64,000 nucleotides of DNA from Phaeosaccion multiseriatum (lineage: Eukaryota; Protista; Ochrophyta, other classes). The notes under the pieces were generated by a model. That model saw only the letters and a program-made list of their open reading frames with translations, made no database searches and was not told the DNA's origin. The position numbers were made by a program, and so were the translations under genes. Below are positions 39,043-50,220 of this stretch, one piece after another. Every line of letters begins with the position of its first letter. Position 1 is the first letter of the stretch. Location of the stretch: assembly GCA_965112735.1 (NCBI GenBank), contig OZ218956.1, forward strand, positions 248,001 to 312,000, given 5' to 3'.

Positions 39043-40981
39043 ATGAGGGATGTAAACGTTGCAACTCCGCCACTGGACCGCAGAAGGCTGCGTACACCGG
39101 AAGGAAAGCACAGCAAGAGGGACTTCAATACAGCAACTCCTCCACAAGACCGCAGAAGGCTGCGTACACCGGTGCGAGGAGGGCGCAGCAGGGGGGATAT
39201 GAAGGCCGCAACACCGCCGGCCAATGGAGGATCCCATGTTGTTCCACCTTCGCCAGAGGAGACAGTGATGCCGTGCTCCCTGGAGCAGTACCATGTCATC
39301 GAGCGCATCGGGGAAGGGTCCTTTGGAAAGGTGTATATATAGAGGGCCGAAGGAAGTACACCGGCCAGACCGTTGCTCTCAAGTTCATTAGCAAGCACGG
39401 CAAGACCGCCAAGGAGATTCGCAGCCTGCGACAAGAGATTTCCATCCTACGCGAGCTTGATCACGAGCACATCATCCTCATGCTCGACGCCTTCGAGACG
39501 GAGCGGGACTTCTGTGTAGTGACGGAGTACGCGCAAGGGGAGCTGTTCGACATCCTCAAGGACGACCTCACCCTCCCGGAGGAAAAGGTGCAGGTCATCG
39601 CCAAGCAACTTGTGCAGGCCCTGCACTACTTGCACAGCAAGCGCGTCATCCACAGAGACATGAAGCCACAGAATATTCTCATCGGGGCCCACGGAAGGGT
39701 CAAGCTCTGCGACTTTGGCTTTGCTCGGTGAGGACGCGACTGACTGACTGACTGACTGGCTGAGTGACTGAGTGACTCACTGACTCACTGACTCACTGAC
39801 TCACTGACTCACTGACTGACACCCCATCGCCCCCCCTCGCAGGTCCATGAGCACCGACACTCTCGTCCTGACGAGCATCAAAGGCACGCCTCTGTACATG
39901 GCCCCTGAGCTTGTGCGGGAGCGCCCCTACGACGAGACGGCGGACCTGTGGTCACTCGGAGTGATCCTCTACGAGCTGGCCGTGGGGAAGCCGCCCTTCT
40001 ACACCACCTCGCTCTACAGCCTCATCAATCTCATCGTCAAGGACGATGTTTCCTACCCCGTCTCCCTCGGGGCCGCCTTCAAGTCCTTCCTGCAGGGGCT
40101 GCTGCACAAGGATCCCCGGCGACGGCTCACGTGGCCGACTCTGCTGGACCATCCCTTCGTCTGCGAGCAGGGGGGCAGAGGAGGCAGGTGAGGGGGGAAG
40201 AGAAGCAAAGGGGTCGACGAGCGCACTCTGGACTGGGGAAGCTTTTTGTTCCGAAGGACAGGCTAAGGAGGCAAGAGGAGTGCTCGCCGAAGGTGGTGGT
40301 GCTCACAGAAGGTCATGATGATGATGATGACCGTGATGATGAGGGGGAGAAGGAGAACAGAGAGAAGAGAGAGAGCGAGGCCATGACGAGTAGTAGAAGG
40401 ACTGCTCGTGATGATGATTATAGTGGTGATTTTGTTGCTGCTGCACCTAGCAACGCCCCAGCACGTGCTCCTAGGGAGACAGAGGAGGAGGAGGAAGAGG
40501 AAGAGGGCGGAGAGATGTTCGGTGTCCGCTCGGGCCCTGGGGGGGCAGGGCCACTTCCGCAGCCAGCTGAGGCACGTGCTCGAGGGGCACCAGTTGGTGG
40601 TACGTCAGTTGGTGGTACGTCAGTTGGTGGTACGGCAGAGGGGCTGCATGAGGTGCGGCGGGAGGGGGCAGGAGCCGAGTCGGCGGAAGGAGGAGGGGCG
40701 GCGGCAGAGGGATATGCATGAGGAAGGTCGTGAGGATTAGGACCACGACAAGGAGGAGCAGGAGGGGGAGGAGGAAGGAGATGTGCTGCTGCAAGCCCTT
40801 CGAACGGCAAGGAGGGTGGCAGGGGCATGCGTCGGGCTTCACAGTTGCAGCGGGCTCGACCGTACCCAAGGGGAGATTCCCCAGGGAGGCAGCAGCAGCC
40901 TCGACCCCGGGGTGAGGGGCGGGGAGGAAGACGAAGACGCTGCTGCCGCCGACCTGTTTGCGTCTTTCAGGGCACTTTTCC
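39043..40981 (+). pseudogene. Truncated Fused/STK36 kinase fragment, copy 5
   Basis: Same premature TAG (39340-39342) and deletion. Confidence 0.9.
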
Positions 40982-41603
40982 TGTGGAGGGCCTGGCTAAG
41001 CTGTACAGCGAGCCCACCGTCGTGGAGAGCACCAGCCTCATCCTCGGTGTGGGCCTGGACCTGTTCGGCACTCGCGTGGTGCCCTCGCGCCCCTTCGACC
41101 TGCTGTCCTCGGAGTTCAACTACAGCTTCCTGTGCATTGTCGTGGTGGCCCTTGTGGTGGTGGCGGGCATGGCCGACCGTTTCGTCAAACAGAGGGCCCT
41201 GCTCGCGGCCTGGGCGTGAGGGAGGGGCTTTTGTTCTTCTCTACGAATGCACTACAGCGCTTTGGATAGCGCGGAGGGATTGGCTGCAGTGGCGGGGCAG
41301 CTGAGGAGGACGCGAGGGAGGGGATGGGGCTAACGTGTGGCAAAGCGTACCAACACTGAGAAATGCCTCTTTCTTTTTAGAGTTAGAATCAATTTATTTT
41401 AAAGTATGCTAATGCTACGCTGTTTTTATAACTTACTGCTCTGATGTTTGAACACCTTGCTTGGGTGGCACAACACACCACGGAGGGTGTTCGATCTATC
41501 CTCCCTGACCTAACTGCTCTTGAAACTGTTCCTGAGAACCCCTCCCCCCCCCCTCCCTTCTTATAGCAATCCAAACCCCACCACCAAGAGGGCGGCCGCT
41601 AAT

Positions 41604-42206
41604 CTCGGGTTCCACATCTTGAATGTCGTCCGCCAAAAGGCCCGTGATGTTGGTCTGCGGGTCCAGGTCCACAATGCACACTCAACAGCTGTCGGCCGCG
41701 AACAGCCAGGCCAAATTGGCTGTCAGTGTGGAATCGCCACTGAAATAGAAGAGAGAGTGAGTGAGTGGGAACTTAGAATAGGATAGAGCAGGGCTCGGCA
41801 GCAAATGACACTCACTTGTGGTGGTGCTCTTCACTGGGCCACCCTGCGTAGATGCAGTCAGCAGTGGAACAGGCAGGGGCCAGGGGAGGGGTCAGCAAGG
41901 CCAACAAGAAGGGGAGGAGGGGAAGGAAGATCACTCAATCACCTTGAAATTGTAGTTGGCGACGACGAAGGCTGGGCGGCGGTGGCTGGAAGAGACGTGC
42001 GCCTTCACCTCCGGCCCCTGTCCACCATTGCGCCCATTCAGATTGGGCAAGTAGTCTGGATCGATGACAACGCACTCGCCCTTGTTGGACCGGGATCCTT
42101 TGCTCTTCTTCCTACTCTTCTGGGGCGTTGGGGCCCGCCGTTTGCCCTTCTTGTTCGACGACCCTCCGGCCCCCTTTCCCTTCTCGTTGGGAGATCCGCC
42201 ATCCAT
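41604..42206 (-). pseudogene. ParA-like pseudogene (unit 6)
   Basis: About 1.25 kb of exon 3 deleted (junction ~41603); in-frame TGA at 41682-41684; Walker A degenerated to KGGPVKS. Confidence 0.9.
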
Positions 42207-43036
42207 GATGTTTCCTTCTGCCCCCTGCAGCGATGCAGCTGCCCCGGCCCTGTCTGACTTTTTTTGTTTTTTGTTAAATCTTACTCTTTCCCCTTCCTAG
42301 TGGAATTAAAGAGCTCCGGGTCGACAAGGGAAGGGAATGCACGCATTCTAGCAGCTTCCCCTGCTGCCTGCTGGAAAATATAGTTCGGATTTGAGGAGTC
42401 AAGTGCGGGCAAGCGCAGACGGAAGGAGCGAGAACCAGACGAGAAAAAGCCTAATTGCTTACGGAGGAAAGATCTCCTGCTAGGAAAGAACTATCGCACG
42501 TGAAGAGGTCAACACGTGCGCACTATGACCACGTAGAGCCTATGGGCAGACGGAGCTCAGTAGCTCCACAGTCATTGCCCCCCCCTATCGTACAGAATGC
42601 TCTGAGCAGACGGAGCTAAGTAAAATAAATAAATAAATAAAACAAACTAACATTAGTATGGGCTAATGATGTGCATTATTAGCCCCCCATCATTAGCCCC
42701 CCTTGCTCATAAGCCCTCCTTGCTCCCACACTCATTCAGAAGGCAGCACCAAAAAAAAATAAAAATCAAAATCGCTCGTTGACTTACTATGCCGTCACAG
42801 TCGTCGGACAAATTCAAACTAATCTGCTTCCCCAACTGCCTTGTCTGCTTCTTTGCGCACCACCCGCGTTTCTTTATGAGGTGGTACAGCTTCTCACTTC
42901 GAGACCTCGTCGGTTGAATGCGTGCGATGAACCAGGAGACGCCGCAACAACGAAAATGTTAGCGTAACGGAGCAATTGGAAGGAGCTTTGGAGGGGAGAA
43001 AAAGGAGGAGGACGGGACACCAATAGTACATACGAT

Positions 43037-46000
43037 ATGAGGGATGTAGATATTGCAACGCCGCCACTGGACCGCAGAAGGCTACGTACACCGGAAGGAA
43101 AGCACAGCAGGAGGGACTTCAATACAGCAACTCCTCCACAAGACCGCAGAAGGCTGCGTACACCGGCGGGAGGAGGGCGCAGCAGGGGGGATGTGAAGGC
43201 CGCAACACCGCCACTGGACCGGGCCAATGGAGGATCCCATATTGTCCTACCTTCGCCAGAGGAGACAGTGATGCCGTGCTCCCTGGAGCAGTACCATGTC
43301 ATCGAGCGCATCGGGGAAGGGTCCTTTGGAAAGGTGTATAGAGGGCGAAGGAAGTACACCGGCCAGACCGTTGCTCTCAAGTTCATTAGCAAGCACGGCA
43401 AGACCGCCAAGGACATTCGCAGCCTGCGACAAGAGATTTCCATCCTACGCGAGCTTGATCACGAGCACATCATCCTCATGCTCGACGCCTTCGAGACGGA
43501 GCGGGACTTCTGTGTAGTGACAGAGTACGCGCAAGGGGAGCTGTTCGACATCCTCAAGGACGACGTCACCCTCCCGGAGGACAAGGTTCAGGTCATCGCC
43601 AAGCAACTTGTGCAGGCCCTGCACTACTTGCACAGCAAGCGCGTCATCCACAGAGACATGAAGCCACAAAATATTCTCATCGGGGCCCACGGAAGGGTTA
43701 AGCTCTGCGACTTTGGCTTCGCTCGGTGAGGACGCGACTGACTGACTGACTGACTGACTAACTGGCTGAGTGACTGAGTGACTGAGTGACTCACTGATTC
43801 ACTGACTGACACCCATCGCCCCCCCTCGCAGGTCCATGAGCACCGACACTCTCGTCCTGACGAGCATCAAAGGCACGCCTCTGTACATGGCCCCTGAGCT
43901 TGTGCGGGAGCGCCCCTACGACGAGACGGCGGACCTGTGGTCACTCGGAGTGATCCTCTACGAGCTGGCCGTGGGGAAGCCGCCCTTCTACACCACCTCA
44001 CTCTACAGCCTCATCAATCTCATCGTCAAGGACGATGTTCCCTACCCCGTCTCCCTCGGGGCCGCCTTCAAGTCCTTCCTGCAGGGGCTGCTGCAGAAGG
44101 ATCCCCGGCGACGGCTCACGTGGCCGACTCTGCTGGACCACCCCTTCGTCTGCGAGCAGGGGGGGCAGGGGAGGCAGGTGAGGGGGGAAGAGAAGCAAAG
44201 GGGACGGCGAGCGCACTCTGGACTGGGGAAGCTTTTTGTTCCGAAGGACAGGCTAAGGAGGCAAGAGGAGTGCTCGCCGAAGGTGGTGGTGCTCACAGAA
44301 GGTCATGATGATGATGATGACCGTGATGACGAGGGGGAGAAGGAGAACAGAGAGAAGAGAGAGAGCGAGGCCACCACGAGTAATAGAAGGCCTGCTCGTG
44401 ATGATGATGGTGGTGGTGATTTTGTTGCCGCTGTACCTAGCAACGCCCCAGCACGTGCTCCAAGGGAGACAGAGGAGGAGGAGGAAGAGGAAGAGGAACG
44501 GGAAGGGGAAGGGTGCGAGGCGGAGGCGGTGGTCCGGTCTGTGAGGCGGCGATGGCTGCGGTGGAGGCTCCTCGCGGAGAGGGCGGAGAGATGTTCGGTG
44601 TCCGCTCGGGCCCTGGGGGGGAAGGGCCACTTCCGCAGCCAGCTGAGGCACGTGCTCGAGGGGCACCAGTTGGTGGTACGGCAGTTGGTGGTACGGCAGA
44701 GGGGCTGCAGGAGGTGCGGCGGGAGGGGGCAGGAGCCGAGCCGGCGGAAGGAGGAGGGGCGGCGGCACAGGGATATGCATGAGGAAGGTCGTGAGGATTG
44801 GGACCACGACAAGGAGGAGCAGGAGGGGGAGGAGGAGGGAGCTGTGCTGCTGCAAGCCCTTCGAACGGCAAGGAGGGTGGCAGGGGCATGCGTCGGGCTT
44901 CACAGTTGCAGCGGGCTCGACCCTACCCAAGAGGAGATTCCCCAGGGAGGCAGCAGCAGCCTCGACCCCGGGGTGAGGGGCGGGGAGGAAGACGAAGACG
45001 CTGCTGCCGCCGACCTGTTTGCGTCTTTCAGGGCACTTTTCCCGCTTGTTCTTTCGACGTGCCTTCGTCTCGCTGAAGAGCGCTGCTGTACCACCAACTG
45101 CTGCAGCAGCGCCAGTGAGGGGGAGAGAGAGGAGGTGCGGGGCGGAGCAGTAGATGCAAGTCAGCGAGAGGAGGCAAGCTCTCCACGGGCTGAGCGGCGC
45201 CTCACGGAGGGCCTGGTGGAGGGACTCCGCTTACTCTGCGCTTTGGCCCATATGCCTTTGTGGGCCGAGGAGATTCGCGGTCCTCCTGCTAGGGGACCGG
45301 GAGGGGGAGGAGGGGGAGGAGGGGGTTGGGCTGCTGGAGCGTCGCCAGACGAGGGACTCGATGTTGCGGCCGCGCTTCTGTGGCTTCTCACCTCGGCATT
45401 CGAGGGAGGGCTCAGCGGACAACCAACACGGGTGGGGGCAAGGGCGAGGGCCAACGCAGGCGGGGTGGGGAATGGGGCGTTGGCGTTGACATCGGCGTCG
45501 CTGGCCTGCCTGTCCGCCGTACTGAGGCAGGCAGACGAGGCCGTGGTCGGAGCCGCGCTGTCGGCAGATCTGCCGGAGTTGTTGTGTGCTGCCATCTCCC
45601 TCCCCTTAACGTTACAGAAAGAGGTGCAGGGGCAAGCGGTGCGGCTTCTTGCGGGGCTGGTGCACCCCCTCGGGCCTCAGTGGGCACCTTCTATTTCCTT
45701 ATTTCGGCTGGAGGATGAGCAGCAGCAGCAGCAGCAGCAGCAGCGCCGGAGGAGGAGGGCGCTGCAGCTGAGGGTGCGGACAGCATTTCTGAAGGGGCTT
45801 CTGAAGGACCGCCCCACGATCGGCGGCTCGGTTTCTGCGATCGACGTGTTGTGCGAGCTGTTTTGCTCGCACACTGGGGAGATGAGTGGTGAAGAGGGCC
45901 CGCCACCCTTGACCCACGCAATGGTGCTACCGCTCCTGCAGCTCCTGCTCCGGGCCTGCTCCTGCGGTCCTGTGCTGAGCCGTCGTGTTGCTTGTTATGA

Positions 46001-46135
46001 CCAAGACAGAGAGGAAGGGCAAGGACAAGGGCAAGGGCAAGGGCAAGAGGAACGGGAAGGGCAAGGGGGAGGCGCCGTCGTGAGGGGCATCGTGCGCATT
46101 CTCCTCGCCCCTCAGCGGCGTGGCATGGGCCCTGG

Positions 46136-46173
<38 letters not shown>

Positions 46174-49100
46174 TGGTGATACAGCAGCAGGGCCTGCGGG
46201 GCACGGCGCTGCTGGTGGTGGCCGCTCTGCTGAGGGGAAGGTCCCTCCGCACAGAGCACGCCCTCGAGTGCGTTGAGACGGTGCTGCTGGGCCTGGAGGG
46301 GCAAGGGGGGGGCGCTGGCGACGACGACGAGGGGAGCACCAACGTGTGTAGTGCGGGCTTTCAGGTCCTGCAGGCGGCGCTGGATCTCGGCGGTGGCGAC
46401 ACAGACATAGGAGAGGGAGGAAGACGGCAGGCGGGCGCAGCTGAGGCTGCGGCTGGATCACCAACTGCTTTAGACGTGACCGCGTGGCCGGAGGCGGCGG
46501 CAGAGGTGCTGAGGGCCGTGTCGCGCTCCCCCACCCTGCTCACGGTCATTCGGCACTTCCTCAGGGCGGGGGGCAGCGCTGCAGCAGTTGGTGATACGCC
46601 CCCCCTGGGAGGCTGGCGGTGGGGCCTGTGTGTGCCTGGGACGCTTGACAGCGCTGTGCTGCTGCTGGAGCGCTCTCTGGCGGAGCTGGAGGCGTGGGCA
46701 TCAGTTGGTGATACAGTTGGTGATACACCAGCAGGAGGAGGAGGACGCCAGTGGAGGGGGAGGAGAAGAGTGGACTCTGACGTGCTGGCCATCGCTGGTG
46801 ACGTCAGTGCGGCGCTGTTCGCTCGGCTGGAGGGACTGTCCCCCGGGGGGGCGGAGGGAGGGCTCTCTCTCCGGGGGGTGCTTTCGCCCGAGGGGGTGGT
46901 GGCGGCCTTGCAGGCCATCAAAAGGGCGCAGTTGCTGCTCATGGCGGACGAGGAGCAGCAGTTGGTGATACAGCAGCAGAGACAAAGACAGGGAGCGGCC
47001 CAGCAGGAGCAGGAGCGAGGGGGGCAGAACGTCGACCGCCGAGAGGAGGCTCCCCCCCGTGTGGGGCTCCAAGCGGAGATGTTGGTGTGGCTCATCGGAG
47101 TCCCTCTGCGGCCCTTGCACTTGTCCTCTGTGCTGCACCGTTGCGGCCCCGACACGCACGCACACACGCTCCTCGCCACGCTCGACCTGATCATGGTGAG
47201 GAGAGAGAGAAGAGAGGGGGAGGGAAGGGAAGGGAAGGGAAGGGAAGGGAGGAGAGACAAGAGAGAGGAAGGGGAAGGCATGTGACAGGGCGCAGAGAAG
47301 ACGGGGCAGGACGCGAAGGAGAGAAGACAGGGACAAGGAAGGGGGGGGAGGGGGAACGGAGGAGAGAGTAGGAGAGGGAGGGAGGGAGGGAGGGAGGGAG
47401 GGAGGGAGGGAGGGAGAGAGTAGGAGAGGGAGGGAGGGAGGGAGGGAGGGAGGACGCAGAGAAGAGAGGAGGAGGAAGAGAGAAAAGGGCGGAGCTTTTG
47501 GGCACTGAGGGACAAGGGCAAGGCTCTGTTCTCTGTCTGTGTGTCTGTGGTGGTGCCTCAAGGCTCTCATGCCTGTCTGTGTGTCTGTGGCGGTGCCTCA
47601 AGGCTCTCATGCCTGTCTGTGTGTCTGTGGTGGTGCCTCTAGGCTCTGTTCTCTGTCTGTGTGTCTGTGGTGGTGCCTGCTCTTGACCCATGCGAGAGTC
47701 TCACGTGTTCACTACTCTCCGCCCTTCGTTACTCCCCCCTCCCCACGCACGCCCGCACGCCCGCACCCCTCGCCCCTTCAGCTGACGTTGACGAGCGAGT
47801 CCTCCTCCTCCTCCTTCCTTCCGTATCACCAACGGCTGCAGATGGATGGACGGGCGGTCCTCGAAGTGGCGCATGAGGAGAATCTCGTGAGTGCGCTGCT
47901 CGACGTGCTTCGCGAATTCTCCTCTGTGCTGCTCAAGCCGCCATCGGATGGATCAGGGACAGCAGCAGCAGTTGGTGATACAACGGTAGCACCACGGGCA
48001 GGGACTCGGAGCGTGGAGTTGGTAATGGAGCTTCTGTCTAAGCTGCTGCATCACCACCCCGCCAGCACAAGTCGCTTTCATCTCCACTTCGCGGCGCAGT
48101 TTTTTGCCGCCGATGGGCTGCGTGTGCTCAGAGAGAGCGGTGTGCTGGGCGGAGGCGGAGGCGCAGGGGGCAGTGGTGGAGCAGTTGGTAGTACAGCAGA
48201 AGCACCCCCTGTCGCCAAAACACTTCCTCCTCCCCCTACTGCTGCATCGCCAAGTGCCCACGCCTCCGTCGTGATCGTGAGGGACGCGCTTTCCCTCGTA
48301 AGTCACTTGGCGAGGTCGTCAGAGGCTCAGTGTCGTGCCATCGCAGCCGCCGACCTCTGTCCGGCCTTGTGGTGTGTGCTTGCCCACGGGACTGACGAGG
48401 TCAGGGCCTCCGCATGTGCCCTCCTCGGAAACATGTGCAGACACAGCGACTTTTTCTATCCGGAGCTGTTGGTGGTACAGCAGTCGTCTCCTGTGACGGT
48501 CGGGGAGGGGATGGCACTGGAGGGCACGTTCCTCGGTAGGCTTATGCCCCTGTGTGGAGACCACGCCTCCCCCGCGACGCGCAAGTACGCGTGCTTCGCC
48601 GTGGGCAACGCCGCTTTCCACAGCGCGCTGCTGTACCCCTTCCTGGGGCCTGCGGTTCATCATCTCGTGCGTGCAGTGCGGGCCGATCCCGACCCCAAGA
48701 CGAGGATCAATGCTGCGGGGGCACTGGGGAACTTTCTGCGGAACGGTCCAGAGCTCGGACTGTGCCGAGAAATGGTGAGGACCGGGGCGCCCTCTGCGCT
48801 CTTGGCGGCGGCCGCGGCAGGAGGGGAGAGAGGGTCTCCGCGTCGAGGAGGAGGAGCAGGACAGGCGTCGTCTGGCAGTCAGCAGCAGCGCATTGCCCTG
48901 TTCGCTCTGGGCACTTGTTGCGCCCACCCCGCCTGCCTGCTCGGTCTTGATACGAGGGCGGTGGGGGCCCTCGTTGCCCGGCTGGAGGGGGAGGGAGGGG
49001 GCTGTGAGGACTCGAACGACCAACACGTGCACTTGGGCGGGCAGCAGATTGACGAGCTGCCACCACAGGGGGCAGCACAGTCCGCTCTCAAGAGGAACGC

Positions 49101-49185
49101 AGCCCGGTTGAGGAGAAACCTCGCCAAGGCGCAGCGGGACAGGACAGCTAACGAGTCCACAGGGGCGGGAGCAGATGTAATATAG
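43037..49185 (+). CDS. STK36: Fused/STK36 (TIO-like) serine/threonine kinase with C-terminal ARM/HEAT repeats; exons 43037-43725, 43832-47195, 47782-49185
   Basis: [36 protein letters not shown] and spliced [28 protein letters not shown] are Fused-family signatures. The C-terminus carries [26 protein letters not shown] and [13 protein letters not shown]. Confidence 0.92.
47521..47678. repeat. 40-bp minisatellite x4 in kinase intron 2
   Basis: Units AGGCTCT(GTTCT/CATGC)CTGTCTGTGTGTCTGTGGYGGTGCCTC at 47521, 47561, 47601 and 47641 (ABBA variant pattern). Confidence 0.9.
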
Positions 49186-49553
49186 ATAGACAGATAGAAA
49201 GGCACACACGAAGACAGCGGGGAGAGCGAACCACGCGTTGCTCCGCTGCTCTCGGCCAGAGGCGTGGACGCGCTCTTCTCTTCGAGCCTCTTTCAATCAA
49301 TGGAGGTGAGATGACAATTTTGTACATTGGTGCCGTCCTGTTGGCGCATATGGTGATGTGAGAGCCGACAACACCTCGAGAGAAAGGCTCCATCCACCTC
49401 ACCATTCTCCTCCAAAAGAGCTCCATTCCATTCTTCAAAGGAGCGCCTCGCGTCACCATTGATTCCTCACCTCCAGCCAGAGGCAGTCGGTCTCCCTCCT
49501 CCCTCCCTGTGATGTGACCATCCCATCCCGCCCATCCCCCCTCCTCACGGCCC

Positions 49554-49620
49554 ATCATTCTTGACGGTTTCATTTCACCAACCCAATCATTCTTGACGGT
49601 TTCATTTCACCAACCCAATC
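49554..49620. repeat. 32-bp perfect tandem duplication just downstream of the OMPDC-OPRT stop
   Basis: ATCATTCTTGACGGTTTCATTTCACCAACCCA at 49554 and 49586. Confidence 0.9.
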
Positions 49621-50188
49621 TACACCCCGTACCGATCTCTGTAGGCCTTGACCGCCTCGAGTGTGCCCTCCTCGCCCCCCTGCCCTCCCCCCTGCTGCAA
49701 GAAGGCCATGATCTGATGCAGCCCCACCACGCTCACCACGGGAATGCCATACTCCTCCTCTACCTGCCTCACCGCACTGAGAGAGCTCGTACCGTCCCCC
49801 GCCCCTGTCTTCTCCTGCCTATCCAATGCAATCACCACCCCCGCAGGCTCGGCCCCTGCCTCCACGAGGATGGAAATGGCCTCTCGAACCGCCGTCCCGC
49901 CTGTGATGACATCGTCCACAATCAAAGCCCGCTTCCCCTTCAGCTCGCACCCCACCAGTACTCCGCCCTCCCCGTGGTCTTTCTTCTCCTTCCTGTTGTA
50001 ACAGAACCCCACGTCGCCCCTTCCGTGGCCAACTGCCAGTGTCAGTGCCACCGCCGCCCCTAGAGAAATGCCCTTGTAGGCCGGTCCAAACAGCACGTCG
50101 AAGTTCAGGGCGGGGGAGCTGTTGACAATCGCCTCAGCGTAGCAGTGGCCTAACCGAGCCAGGGCGTCGCCGGAATTGAACAAGCCTA

Positions 50189-50220
<32 letters not shown>

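Larger units (their letters stand above)
14752..45042. repeat. Tandem segmental amplification: five ~5,246-bp units (starts 14752, 19997, 25242, 30490, 35736) plus a diverged unit 6 (40983-45042)
   Basis: Identical junction ...GCACTTTTCC-T-GTGGAGGGCCTGGCTAAG at 19997, 25242, 30490, 35736 and 40983. Each unit = EMC1 3' tail + ParA-like gene + 5' part of the STK36 kinase. The ORF track repeats with a period of 5245-5248 bp. Confidence 0.97.

Noticed and set aside
14752-45042. Array as a transposon, integrated plasmid or viral element
   Set aside because: No transposase, integrase, Rep, capsid, TIR, LTR or TSD seen; units are bounded inside host genes, as expected for tandem duplication.
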